IMG/VR virus record: IMGVR_UViG_3300005264_000003
Location: 1 to 64,000 of that record
Strand: one strand, 5' to 3'
DNA: 64,000 bases
From: a virus
Part shown: positions 9,084 to 18,927 of the stretch, piece after piece
Position numbering within the stretch: position 1 is the stretch's first letter
How the letters are laid out: the number at the start of each line of letters is the position of its first letter
Notes under the pieces: model-generated
Seen by the model: only the letters and a program-made list of their open reading frames with translations
What the model was told of the DNA's origin: nothing
Database searches by the model: none
Program-made: the position numbers and the translations under genes

Positions 9084-9800
9084 ATGGCTGCAGCATCAAA
9101 TGAACCTGGAGTCTCAGGCTCTGAAGTAAAACCACTAAGTACGCTTGAGTTATATCAAGAGTCAGTACCTTTCTCTAACGAAAGACTTGATAGAGCGATA
9201 AGTTCAAATCAAGAATTCTCTAATCCTATTATAGTGCCATTTGCATTTGATTTCACTACAGCGCTTAATACGTTGGAGTGTGTAATTTATGTAAAAAATA
9301 CATCTACTGAGTTTAGATACGAGAACGTTGTTGTTTCTATGATAGAGAGCACTGGGCAGAGCTTTGACAATGAACACGCCTACATAGAAAGAGACGAGTC
9401 AGACAATATGCTCTTCATATTAAATAGAAAAGCTGTTCGTGCTAAGTGGGCTCAAGTACCAGATCTTCCTTTTTTTATTGATAGTTCGTTTATGATAATA
9501 AGCCATGCAAGTGAGGGTAATGGATATTCTAACTCATGCAGGCCTGTTGGCGATGACGAGAAGCTATCTGTAAAATTTAGTTATGGTTACGATGAAATCT
9601 CTTCAGTAGAATGGGAGTCTAAGGGCAGCGTTTTAATTATTCCTGCCATTGGCAGAGTTAATGTTCCTGACACATCTTATCATCCAATAAGAGTAAGAGT
9701 TACATGGAAAGATAAAACTAAGCTTTTTACTATTAGAGATTATTCTATTGATATATCATATCAGCGTCAAAGACCTGTAGCTGAACTAGAGCTGCGCTAG
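9084..9800 (+). CDS. Hypothetical (likely virion) protein, beta-rich
   Basis: AGGAG RBS; lies between terL and portal. Confidence 0.75.
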   Translation: MAAASNEPGVSGSEVKPLSTLELYQESVPFSNERLDRAISSNQEFSNPIIVPFAFDFTTALNTLECVIYVKNTSTEFRYENVVVSMIESTGQSFDNEHAYIERDESDNMLFILNRKAVRAKWAQVPDLPFFIDSSFMIISHASEGNGYSNSCRPVGDDEKLSVKFSYGYDEISSVEWESKGSVLIIPAIGRVNVPDTSYHPIRVRVTWKDKTKLFTIRDYSIDISYQRQRPVAELELR

Positions 9801-9809
9801 AGGTGATAT

Positions 9810-10193
9810 ATGGATGACTTTAATAGGATAGAGATAGGTTTTAAACCAGGAAAGATAGACAGGAAAGATGTAGTTAATAATGATGCATCGACTAAATCTA
9901 TTGAGAACTCTACGGTAATAGCTACTAAGCTGTTAGATCACTTAGCTATAATTAAAGATTTCAGAGACAAAATAGATGCAGTAGACTATCTTATAGAAAA
10001 CGCAGAGAAGCTTTCTGGTAATATAAGATTTGATGTTTCTGAAAAAGATATACAAAGAGCAATTAAGTCTATTGGATATAGTGGAAACTACATTGACTTT
10101 AATGTATTTAAAGAGGCTGTAACCTTACTAGTGCAAGCTTACGGTGAGGTTGCACTAATAGAATTAACAGGAGTCAGAAATGAGCACAAGTAA
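9810..10193 (+). CDS. Hypothetical protein
   Basis: GAGGTG RBS; operon context. Confidence 0.75.
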   Translation: MDDFNRIEIGFKPGKIDRKDVVNNDASTKSIENSTVIATKLLDHLAIIKDFRDKIDAVDYLIENAEKLSGNIRFDVSEKDIQRAIKSIGYSGNYIDFNVFKEAVTLLVQAYGEVALIELTGVRNEHK

Positions 10194-10557
10194 CTTAGCT
10201 GATGCTACGCTAGCTGCAGAAGCTTTGCTTGCTCACAGTAGTCTTGCTGGGGAGTCTGCGCTAATTCCAGGTAAGTCAGACTGGGCTACACAGATAATTG
10301 GTGCTTATGACTTGATATTCCCGCATCTACATATTGATATCCCTACTAGGCTGGAAGTTCAGTCAGCACTACAGACTACTATGGATACTCATCACTTGAC
10401 AATTAAACATGACGGCAAAGACAGCTTCGTTGGACAAGAAACATTAGCTACACTGACGGCAGTTGATAATAACGAGACAAGTGGCGGGCCTGGACTAGTA
10501 AGATCTATTGGCAATAGCGTGCTCGCGAAAGGATATGGTGTTGGTAGTGTTAAGTGA
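10180..10557 (+). CDS. Hypothetical protein
   Basis: AGGAG RBS; overlaps the upstream gene. Confidence 0.75.
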   Translation: MSTSNLADATLAAEALLAHSSLAGESALIPGKSDWATQIIGAYDLIFPHLHIDIPTRLEVQSALQTTMDTHHLTIKHDGKDSFVGQETLATLTAVDNNETSGGPGLVRSIGNSVLAKGYGVGSVK

Positions 10558-10726
10558 AAAAGCAGTAAATGCAAAAAGAATAATTGAATACTATACAGAC
10601 CTACTAAATGAAGAAGAGTCTAGCGAGGCGGTATTTACTACACAATTCTCTAACTTGCACATGCTTAAGTTTAGAATACAAGCTACGCTGGATGCACTAG
10701 AGAGCTATGAAATTAAGGTAGAGTAA
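10535..10726 (+). CDS. Small hypothetical protein (start uncertain; track gives 10508)
   Basis: Fills the gap between neighbours; TAATG coupling to the next gene. Confidence 0.55.
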   Translation: MVLVVLSEKAVNAKRIIEYYTDLLNEEESSEAVFTTQFSNLHMLKFRIQATLDALESYEIKVE

Positions 10727-12153
10727 TGTCTAGTATATCTGATTTTACAAACAGTAACGAGTATACAACGATACTCGGCAATATAACTAATGGCGCCTCT
10801 AGCTTAAAGATAGAAGGCAGCGTCATATCTCTTGATAATGGAAAGATATCTGGCGTATCAACACTGCTTGAATCTGCAAAAGGAGTAGCATCAACAGTTA
10901 CTTCTCCGCTAGTAGAGCTAACGAGCTATTCTGCTCCAGCCACCTTGGCTCTAGATAGCTTCTATTCTATAGGCCAAGAGTTTGACGAGATGATAAAGGA
11001 TAATTTAGCTGTGCAAACTATGCACATTAAAGGGTCTGATATACTATGCTCAGCATTCTGTGTTGTTGTTAGCTTTTTGGATTGCAAAACTAGAAATGAA
11101 CTGTATAGTGCCATACTAAACATGCAAAGAGGACTAACAGCTGTAGCTCAAATGAGTGCTGCCGCCAACGAGCTCGCTAGAACAGCAAATGCCTCAATGG
11201 CAGCAGCAGAAACAGTTGTAAGTGCAGCTACATCTATATTTGATAAAAATCCTATAAATACAGTTTTTGATAAGCAGCCAAGTGGCATGTCTGTGGCTAT
11301 GGCAGCATCTACAATCGGAGCCTTAGGTAAAAGCGTTGGAGGTATTGTAGAGACGTTTGAAAGGGGAATTAATGTACTTAATTATGGAAGAGTATTAAAG
11401 CCAACAAACGTTACTTGTTTAATATGGGACTTAGCTAAAAGCGTACTATATTCACTTCAGGGACAGGCATTGTCCTATGCTAACGAGGCGATTGATAAGG
11501 TCATTTCACCTATCGAGGACATGATAATAGGTTGGATTCCGTCCGAGTGTGGCACAAGGGGATATGCCTGGAGATTCTTTCAGAAAATACTGGATGGAAT
11601 AACAAGAGAAAAGCACTGGATATTACAGTTAATAGCAGATATGTTTGCTTCAGGAACGGACTTTTCGGACAAGATGGGGAATTTTAGTAAAGACTCCTTA
11701 GACATGTTAGAGCTAAGAGCGTTTCTAGATGCATTAAAGATGTCTTCGCATAGATTTGGTGACCTAGCTATAGCATGTGGCATTGCACCATGCAATGATG
11801 ATTTAATAACAGATGAAGGAAAAGCTCTTGCAGATGCTATTAAGAGCGGAGTTGCATCCACAGCTCCTCCCGGCATACCAAATGTAATAAACAGCTTGCC
11901 AGTAAAAGGTACTACTAACCTAGATGAGATATCTGAATCGATGGCCAGCATGCTTGGATTGCAAGGCGAAGATGTAATAGCAACTGAAGACAGTTTATCA
12001 TTTACATATACAGTGGCAAGTAATGCGCCCAGTAAAATAAAAGAACTAGTAAGCCTTAATGATCTTGGACCCGACTATTCTGTATTTAACAACGGTAGTG
12101 AAATTAAAGTCATACACACGTTCAAGCGAATGTGCGGTGGAGAGAATAAATAA
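10726..12153 (+). CDS. Hypothetical helical virion-associated protein
   Basis: 475-aa ORF directly upstream of, and coupled to, the portal gene. Confidence 0.75.
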   Translation: MSSISDFTNSNEYTTILGNITNGASSLKIEGSVISLDNGKISGVSTLLESAKGVASTVTSPLVELTSYSAPATLALDSFYSIGQEFDEMIKDNLAVQTMHIKGSDILCSAFCVVVSFLDCKTRNELYSAILNMQRGLTAVAQMSAAANELARTANASMAAAETVVSAATSIFDKNPINTVFDKQPSGMSVAMAASTIGALGKSVGGIVETFERGINVLNYGRVLKPTNVTCLIWDLAKSVLYSLQGQALSYANEAIDKVISPIEDMIIGWIPSECGTRGYAWRFFQKILDGITREKHWILQLIADMFASGTDFSDKMGNFSKDSLDMLELRAFLDALKMSSHRFGDLAIACGIAPCNDDLITDEGKALADAIKSGVASTAPPGIPNVINSLPVKGTTNLDEISESMASMLGLQGEDVIATEDSLSFTYTVASNAPSKIKELVSLNDLGPDYSVFNNGSEIKVIHTFKRMCGGENK

Positions 12154-14315
12154 TGGAATTAAAAATAAACCCTACGCCAGGCCAACTAGACAGTGCTAAG
12201 AGATTTTTATCATTAGCAGATAGCACAAAATCAATAATACCGGTAAGATCAACTCCTATTATCTCTAAGCTGGCCCGGAATATAAAAACTGTCAATGCTC
12301 CAGTTCCTAGATTCTTTGAGTCTCCTGAGCAAATAGCTAACTCTTCTGGTTCAGAGTATGATTTGATATCCGTATTTAAGCTATTAAAATATGAGCCATA
12401 TTTCTTAAAGGCTACTCAAAAAAAATTAGGACTACTAGTTAAGTCTGGATTTCAGATCAATAGCGATAACGATAACATTAAGAAATATATTGATACAAGA
12501 TTTTCATTAATGTTTCTTCAGACAGGCTGCTCTTTAAGAGAAATTATACATAAGCTAGCATACTACTTAATTACATGCAGCAACGCATTCCTTATCAAGG
12601 TAAGAGATAAGAATTTTCAGCATGCGACATCATATAAGTTAGATGGGAAAGAAATGCATCCAGTTGTAGGGCTATTTTTAGCTCATCCAACAAGTATGAA
12701 GCCTAGATTTAAGACTCAGAAGATGGGTAAAGGTAAGTATAAGCTCGTGATTGATAAGTGGGTTCACTTTAACTCAAGAGGAGAAACTGCTGAGTTTCAT
12801 CCTGATGACATAGTTCACTTTACAACACTTAGAGAAGATGGCATGATATTTGGAATGCCAGAAGTGCATCCTGTAATTGATGATGTACGCACGCTTAGAA
12901 AGATTGAAGAGGACGTACAGCTTCTAATATATAGAGACTTATTCCCTGTAATACATTACTCAATTGAGAATCCATCAGTAATAGATCATGCGAGCGGAAT
13001 GACAGAGCTAGATCAGGCAAAGCACGATATGCAAAGTGTAATTCAAGACGGTGGTATAGCTACAGATGCAAGACACGAAATTAAGTTCGTAGGCAATGAA
13101 CATAAAGGTATTGATGCTAAGCCATACTTAGAATACTTCCAGTCTCGTGTATTTACAGGACTAGGCGTATCAATGGCAGACATGGGCATAGGGCAAGACA
13201 TTAGTGGCGCGACAGCATCTTCCATGTCTAAGCAACTAACAGACGCTGTAAGATATATTCAGCAAGAGCTAGCACAACAGTTTAACGAGCTAATTCTAAC
13301 TGAAATGGCACTGCAATCTCCATTCGGAATGAGTGCTGTTAATGATAAGTCAGCGCCTACGCTAGAGTTTAATGAAACTGATATCGAGTGGAAGATTAGA
13401 CAAGAGAATCACGAAGCAGATCTTTTTGCTAAAAACGTAAAAACAATAGATGAAGTAAGAGCTAAGCTAAACGTAGAAGAGCTTACTGATGAGCAATTAA
13501 CTAGAACGTTCCAAGGACTATTTGGTCAACTACAAGTAGATCAAGCAACAGAAGCAGGAGAGCATCTTGCTAAAGTTGGAGCATCAGCGGCACCTCAGAC
13601 TGTCAAGACCGCTACTGGTGGCACTAAGCAAGTTGGCGGAGCTAAAGATCCTGGCACGTGGAATAATCCTACATCTACTGGCACAGGAAAGAAGTCAGCA
13701 GCTGATAGAGATTCAGTTAAGTCAGCCAAGTCTAATTCTAATATAGTTAAATCCGTAAAAGACTCAGAAGACAGCATCTCTATACAAGACCAGTTTAAAG
13801 AATCAGTTACGTCTATACTTGAGATAAACGACAAGGGTAAGAAGAAGCTAGATTTAATATTCGCTACCAAGATGACATACGAGACTATAAAAAGTAATAT
13901 GATGGACTCCTTCCACGAGGGCATTAGCGCAGCTATTGGGGACATAGGCAGTGTATTACATGACAACAATAGATCTAGTCTAGATATTATCCATAATATA
14001 TTTGAGAAGGTAGACAGACTAAGAGATAATATTGTAGGTAAGCTTAATGCCGATCCAAGCTATCTTAATATTGCAGCAGCAAGAGTAGGCGCTACTAGTA
14101 AAACAGAGCAAGTAAGAGCTTATAATTATGGATATGCTTTAGCAAGTTTAAATAATGGTATAAGTAAGTTTACTATTTATTCTGAACATAAAGACATTGC
14201 ATGTGATAGTTCTGAATTTGTAGGAAAGGAAATTACAGTAAGTAAAGCCACGGCCTTTAGCGCAATACCTCCTTTTAGGACAAACTCAAGACTTAAAATT
14301 AAAGCTATAACATAA
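12153..14315 (+). CDS. Portal protein with low-complexity linker and C-terminal MuF-like region
   Basis: Portal-type motifs (YLITCSNAFLIKVR, FHPDDIVHF, IFGMPEV..VIDDVRTLRKIEE, KTIDEVRAKL); position before the protease; tail KTEQVRAYNYG...IPPFRTNSR. Confidence 0.85.
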   Translation: MELKINPTPGQLDSAKRFLSLADSTKSIIPVRSTPIISKLARNIKTVNAPVPRFFESPEQIANSSGSEYDLISVFKLLKYEPYFLKATQKKLGLLVKSGFQINSDNDNIKKYIDTRFSLMFLQTGCSLREIIHKLAYYLITCSNAFLIKVRDKNFQHATSYKLDGKEMHPVVGLFLAHPTSMKPRFKTQKMGKGKYKLVIDKWVHFNSRGETAEFHPDDIVHFTTLREDGMIFGMPEVHPVIDDVRTLRKIEEDVQLLIYRDLFPVIHYSIENPSVIDHASGMTELDQAKHDMQSVIQDGGIATDARHEIKFVGNEHKGIDAKPYLEYFQSRVFTGLGVSMADMGIGQDISGATASSMSKQLTDAVRYIQQELAQQFNELILTEMALQSPFGMSAVNDKSAPTLEFNETDIEWKIRQENHEADLFAKNVKTIDEVRAKLNVEELTDEQLTRTFQGLFGQLQVDQATEAGEHLAKVGASAAPQTVKTATGGTKQVGGAKDPGTWNNPTSTGTGKKSAADRDSVKSAKSNSNIVKSVKDSEDSISIQDQFKESVTSILEINDKGKKKLDLIFATKMTYETIKSNMMDSFHEGISAAIGDIGSVLHDNNRSSLDIIHNIFEKVDRLRDNIVGKLNADPSYLNIAAARVGATSKTEQVRAYNYGYALASLNNGISKFTIYSEHKDIACDSSEFVGKEITVSKATAFSAIPPFRTNSRLKIKAIT

Positions 14316-14325
14316 CAGCAACGAC

Positions 14326-14354
14326 TTGACTATTAACACATTAATGCATCTACT
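14326..14354 (+). promoter_or_regulatory. Possible sigma70-like promoter of the endonuclease insert
   Basis: TTGACT-N17-TCTACT followed by AAGGAG RBS; overlaps a TATTAACA variant motif. Confidence 0.35.
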
Positions 14355-14371
14355 TTCGAAAAGGAGAACAC

Positions 14372-15116
14372 ATGAGTAGGGGTAAAAAATAACCAATAAA
14401 GAGTTTTCAGATTGCGCCAATGAGATTCATCTGTTTAGATATGATTACTCTAAAGTAAAGTATATAAACTCTTATACTAAAGTTTGTATTAGCTGTCCTG
14501 TTCATGGTGAATTCTGGCAAAGGCCGGCTGCTCATCTACAAGGACAAGGATGTCATAAGTGTTCTCGCTGCAACCAAAAACAGAATAAGCAACTTACAAC
14601 AGAAGAATTTACAGAGAAAGCAAAAAGTATACATGGTAGTAAATATAGCTACCTGAAGACTTCATATGCAGGAAATAGAAATAGTATAACCATTACATGC
14701 TTAGATCATGGTGATTTTGAGCAAATTGCAGGCAATCATATCAGAGGATACGGATGTCCTAAGTGTAACTCATCAAAGGGAGAATTTCTTATCAGAGAGT
14801 ACCTGCCTCACAAGAAGATGCTGTTTGAAGAGCAAAAAAGATTTAAAGGATGTAAGGTAAATAAAGCTTTGCCTTTTGATTTTTATTTACCAAGCCATAA
14901 TCTTCTCATAGAATATGACGGAGTTGCTCATTTTAAGCCAACTACATTTGGAGGAATGAGCATGGACAATGCTATTCTAAATCTAGAGAATCAAAAAACA
15001 GAGATAGAATTAAGAACGAGTATGCTAAGGAAAACAAGATTAAACTTATAGGAGTGCCTTATTGGAAGATTTCTAATATAAGCGCAATACTAGACTTAGA
15101 GCTAAATAATAGTTAA
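14372..15116 (+). pseudogene. Free-standing homing-endonuclease-like gene (two DUF723-like Zn repeats plus Vsr/PD-(D/E)XK-like domain) with two frameshifts
   Basis: Repeats CPVHGEFWQRPAAHLQGQGCHKC and CLDHGDFEQIAGNHIRGYGCPKC, then SKGE...PFDFYLP...IEYDGVAHF; C-terminal RDRIKNEYAKENKIKLIGVPYW is in another frame. Frames break at A6 runs 14384-14389 and 14993-14998. Confidence 0.85.
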
Positions 15117-15121
15117 TAACA
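15112..15121 (+). promoter_or_regulatory. GTTAWTAACA element upstream of the head genes
   Basis: GTTAATAACA begins 43 nt before ATG 15155. Confidence 0.55.
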
Positions 15122-15154
15122 TAATGAAAGTCAAAATAAACCAAGGAGAACGAT

Positions 15155-15514
15155 ATGTCTGAAGATAAGAAGCCTAAAACTCGCAAAAAAAGAACACCTA
15201 AAAGTAAAGTTGAAGTTACGGCTGTAGAGCCTGTAGAAGTTAAGCCAGAGACTCAGCCAGAGCCCACAGAAGAAGCTCCAGTTGAGGAAGTTGTAGTAAA
15301 TGAGGCTCCAGCAGGGGTAGCGGAAGTTAAGCCCATTAAGCCAGTAAAGAAAGATATTGAAGAAGGATCTGAGGTTACTATAGTTAAGGTGTCTGGTAGA
15401 TTCTCAGTTCTTAATGGCAAGCCTGGTGTTGTGTTAGAGAAGATTGGTGGAAGTCTTCTTGTTGAAATTGAAAACAAGAAATACTCACTAACAGTTAGAA
15501 ACGTAGAGGCTTAA
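15155..15514 (+). CDS. Small protein: basic N-terminus, Glu/Pro linker, C-terminal KOW/SH3-like domain
   Basis: AAGGAG RBS; IEEGSEVTIVKVSGRFSVLNGKPGVVLEKIGGSLLVEIENKKYSLTVRNVE fits a KOW-type beta-barrel pattern. Confidence 0.7.
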   Translation: MSEDKKPKTRKKRTPKSKVEVTAVEPVEVKPETQPEPTEEAPVEEVVVNEAPAGVAEVKPIKPVKKDIEEGSEVTIVKVSGRFSVLNGKPGVVLEKIGGSLLVEIENKKYSLTVRNVEA

Positions 15515-15515
15515 A

Positions 15516-17573
15516 ATGATTCTCAATAAAGATTCCATTAAACTATTTGAACAATATCAGGTAAACCTACCGGAAGCTGTTCTCATTAAGATGGAGGATG
15601 GAATCAGGAAGGATAAAGAATTACTAATAACAATAGATGCTAGTCATTATGGACTTCGCAACAATAACGGTACCATCTATCGTCATGACACAATGATTAA
15701 TGACGTACAGTCGTTTGTTTACCCTAAACCTAAGCCTATTATTGAGAGACACAGACCTAGTACATCAGCTAAGTTTGGTAGCATTATCGCTGCAGACTAT
15801 AAGCTAACAAATTATCATGCAGATCTTTTGCAAGATATGGATGTTGACGGATTAACTACAGAAGAGTATATTGATATGTGTAACGAAGAGATTCTTCCTA
15901 TGCAGCTCAGAGATGCTAATTATAATGGACTCGCCTATGTGCAGGTTGTTGGTAAGCTAGATGACAAAGAAGGCATAAAGAAAGTACTTGATGGTGAATT
16001 CTTAAGTGTTTCAATAGGAGCTTCTCCTAGAAGACTTATATGTTCTATATGCTTACAAGATCAAACAAAAGGCATATGTGAACACTTCGCCAATAAAGCA
16101 AGCAATAGATTTATGCTAGCTGAGCAACTAGACTACGAAGAGCTTTCATTTGTTCCAAAGCCAGCAGATCCATTTGGTAGAGTAGTTAAGATCCATGATG
16201 GTCAAATGGAAGAATTTCAAATAGAGCATGATATCAATATACTTAATACTGGTATTAATGTAGTATACATGGAAGACTTCTTTGAAGAAGCTAGAGATAA
16301 AACAATTGTATGTGTAGATAACATCTGCACAATTATTAACCAGGAGGAACAAAAGATGGATAGAAAGAATATTTCTATTGCAGATGAGTTCTCTGCTGAG
16401 ATTCTATTAAATGCCCTGAAGAACATTAAGCTAAATGATGAAGATAAGGATATCGTTAGCGCGCTCAAGCTGAATGAGGATAGAGCAAAGGACTGGACTG
16501 CTAGAAAGTTCGCCGTTGTTCAAAAAACTCAAGATGGTGAAGCACGTAGATTTCCTCTGAATGATGAGCTAAATGTTCGTGCAGGATTAGCATTAATTGA
16601 TCAAGCAGAAGATTTAACTGAAGCTGAGATGAAAAAAGCAGTTGCTAAACTAGGGAAGGCAGCAGCTAAGTTTGGCATTGAGCTAGAAGATAGCGAAAAG
16701 AATACTGAAGAAAAAAATGAAATACCTCAAGAAGAAGATACAAGTCTTTCTGATGAGGAAAAGGGTCAGAAAGCAGCCAAAGCTGATGCAGGTGCTGAAG
16801 ATACTTCTAGTACAGGTGAAGTAACTCCAATTGATACTCTCCTTGATTCTCTAAAAGAGGAAATGTCTAAGATTGAGTTTAAGGAAGCAGATCCAAAGCT
16901 AGAAGACAACACTGGCATTGATACTGTTAATTCACAAAAAGACCCAATAGGCAAGATCTTCGATTTACTTAAATGGTATGCTAACGATCAGGCTTATGCA
17001 GCTAAATCACTTAATAGCGGAGTTGGTGCATTCCTAGAAGAAGTTGGCAAGGAAGCTATCGCTAAAGGCTCTTACGATTCGTTGCGAGATGAAAAGACTG
17101 TGCTTGAAGATAGTGTTAAAGGATTTGAGTCTAGTAAAATTGAACTTGAAACTAAGAACACTGAGTTAGCAGAGGAAGTACAATCATTGCAAGATGAGTG
17201 TGACATTCTCGAAGAAACAGCTAAGGATCTTAACTATGAACTACGCACACATCTAGTAGATGAAGTAGTTGCATGCAAGCTAGCTATTGGCCTCTTAATT
17301 GATGCTGAAGTTGAGCAATCTAAGGTTGATCTATTTAAACTTCCATACAATGCTCTTAAGATGCAGGTTAATGATTCACGTAAGTTAACTGCAAAGCTTA
17401 AGGGCCCAGTTAATAACAAAGTAGAAATAGAAACAGTAAAAGACCCCACTCTTCAGGATAGTGATAATTCTGAGGAAAAAAATTCTCAGGCGCCCCCTGA
17501 GTTGAAAGATGAAGACGCTAGAAAAGAGTCTGGCGATGAACTAGTAAAAGCATTTGTAAACCTATTTAGGTAA
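15516..17573 (+). CDS. Prohead protease fused to a DUF6582-like domain and coiled-coil scaffold
   Basis: KPIIERH, FLSVSIGA, CSIC..CEH and EELSFVPKPAD protease motifs; acidic coiled-coil C-terminal half. Confidence 0.85.
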   Translation: MILNKDSIKLFEQYQVNLPEAVLIKMEDGIRKDKELLITIDASHYGLRNNNGTIYRHDTMINDVQSFVYPKPKPIIERHRPSTSAKFGSIIAADYKLTNYHADLLQDMDVDGLTTEEYIDMCNEEILPMQLRDANYNGLAYVQVVGKLDDKEGIKKVLDGEFLSVSIGASPRRLICSICLQDQTKGICEHFANKASNRFMLAEQLDYEELSFVPKPADPFGRVVKIHDGQMEEFQIEHDINILNTGINVVYMEDFFEEARDKTIVCVDNICTIINQEEQKMDRKNISIADEFSAEILLNALKNIKLNDEDKDIVSALKLNEDRAKDWTARKFAVVQKTQDGEARRFPLNDELNVRAGLALIDQAEDLTEAEMKKAVAKLGKAAAKFGIELEDSEKNTEEKNEIPQEEDTSLSDEEKGQKAAKADAGAEDTSSTGEVTPIDTLLDSLKEEMSKIEFKEADPKLEDNTGIDTVNSQKDPIGKIFDLLKWYANDQAYAAKSLNSGVGAFLEEVGKEAIAKGSYDSLRDEKTVLEDSVKGFESSKIELETKNTELAEEVQSLQDECDILEETAKDLNYELRTHLVDEVVACKLAIGLLIDAEVEQSKVDLFKLPYNALKMQVNDSRKLTAKLKGPVNNKVEIETVKDPTLQDSDNSEEKNSQAPPELKDEDARKESGDELVKAFVNLFR

Positions 17574-17598
17574 ACAATAAATTAATGGAGGAATAACA

Positions 17599-18903
17599 AT
17601 GAGTGTAAACGGACAGAACTACTTCGCAAATATGGTTCAGGCACCTCAAATTTTACAAGGTAGCCCTAACTATAACGTTGAGGTTTCTGAGGGCCAAACA
17701 CCTCCTGGTGAATTTTACCCTGCACAGTACTTGCCAACAGTTCTCTCTGAGAACCGTCTAGCTGGTTCCGCGTATGTGTTAATGCCAGGTAAGGTTGTTG
17801 CATATGATAGCGCTAAGAGACTTGTACCTGCTGGTCTTGCAATGGAGTACTCTGAGTACAAAGCCGCATTTGATGCTCACATTACATCAAATGCAAGTGA
17901 CGCTAGTGCACCTACGGCTACAGATATTTCAAACGCAAAGGCAGATAGTACCGTAACTGCTAAAAACCTAACTACTTTCAATCGTCAAGATATTGAGTTC
18001 GGCGTAATCAGTGCAGATGGTGCACCTGTAATCGACGGTGATATATGGAACGAAATGATTGTAGATAACCTAGATACATTTACTGCAGGACAATCTGCAT
18101 TTACTGACCCTGTTGGTATTATGCGCTATTCTGCTTTAATGGCTCCGGGTTCAAATCCATCTAACCCTACTACATTTACCAAGCATGCCTATGACACTGG
18201 CGGAGCTCGCGCTTACACTCGCTGGGCATACATTCAAGTGCCTGTAGTGGAAGTAAATACTCGTCGTGAGCTAGCTACCGAAGGTGACAACAAGCACCGT
18301 ATGCGCATCTATTCTGATGGCGCTATCAAGATTGTTAGAGCTAATGGCGATCCAGTTGAACTTGACTATGGTGATGGTCTTGGTGCTGTTGAGCTTAAGC
18401 AAAAGCATTCTTTCACTGACGTTGAAGGCGTTGATGGCGAGCCTACCTACTTTACAGTACTTGGCCGCACAGTTCTATTTAACGGCGCAATCCCAGCTGA
18501 CTGGTACGTAGAGTATGCTCCTAAGGTTGACCTACCTTTCACTTGTGTTAAGTATGGTACTCCTGGTCAGGCTACTACATTGTATGATTCTATGATCACT
18601 AATCCAATCTCCACCTTTGTTGGTGAGCAAGTCGGATTTGATATGAATTCTAACTTTGCAATGCAAGCTGACATAACAGCTAACGGCTACAACCGTACTG
18701 TTGGTCGTATTCTTGATATTAAGAATGGCTCTAATGATGATCTTAAGCTTGTACGTTCTTACTTCCGTGACTCTGGTCTATGGCAAGAACAACCAGGTTC
18801 AGCAACAGATGGACGTAATACTCAGCTTTCTATTGTTAATGCTCCTAAGCATATCGTTAGAATCGCTGTTAACTTTGAATCTAACTTTAGCCTAATCGCT
18901 TAA
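17599..18903 (+). CDS. Capsid decoration/stabilising protein
   Basis: Lies between protease and MCP; strong GGAGG RBS; strongly biased codon usage like the MCP. Confidence 0.7.
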   Translation: MSVNGQNYFANMVQAPQILQGSPNYNVEVSEGQTPPGEFYPAQYLPTVLSENRLAGSAYVLMPGKVVAYDSAKRLVPAGLAMEYSEYKAAFDAHITSNASDASAPTATDISNAKADSTVTAKNLTTFNRQDIEFGVISADGAPVIDGDIWNEMIVDNLDTFTAGQSAFTDPVGIMRYSALMAPGSNPSNPTTFTKHAYDTGGARAYTRWAYIQVPVVEVNTRRELATEGDNKHRMRIYSDGAIKIVRANGDPVELDYGDGLGAVELKQKHSFTDVEGVDGEPTYFTVLGRTVLFNGAIPADWYVEYAPKVDLPFTCVKYGTPGQATTLYDSMITNPISTFVGEQVGFDMNSNFAMQADITANGYNRTVGRILDIKNGSNDDLKLVRSYFRDSGLWQEQPGSATDGRNTQLSIVNAPKHIVRIAVNFESNFSLIA

Positions 18904-18927
18904 TAGTTAATTACTGGAGGAATAATA

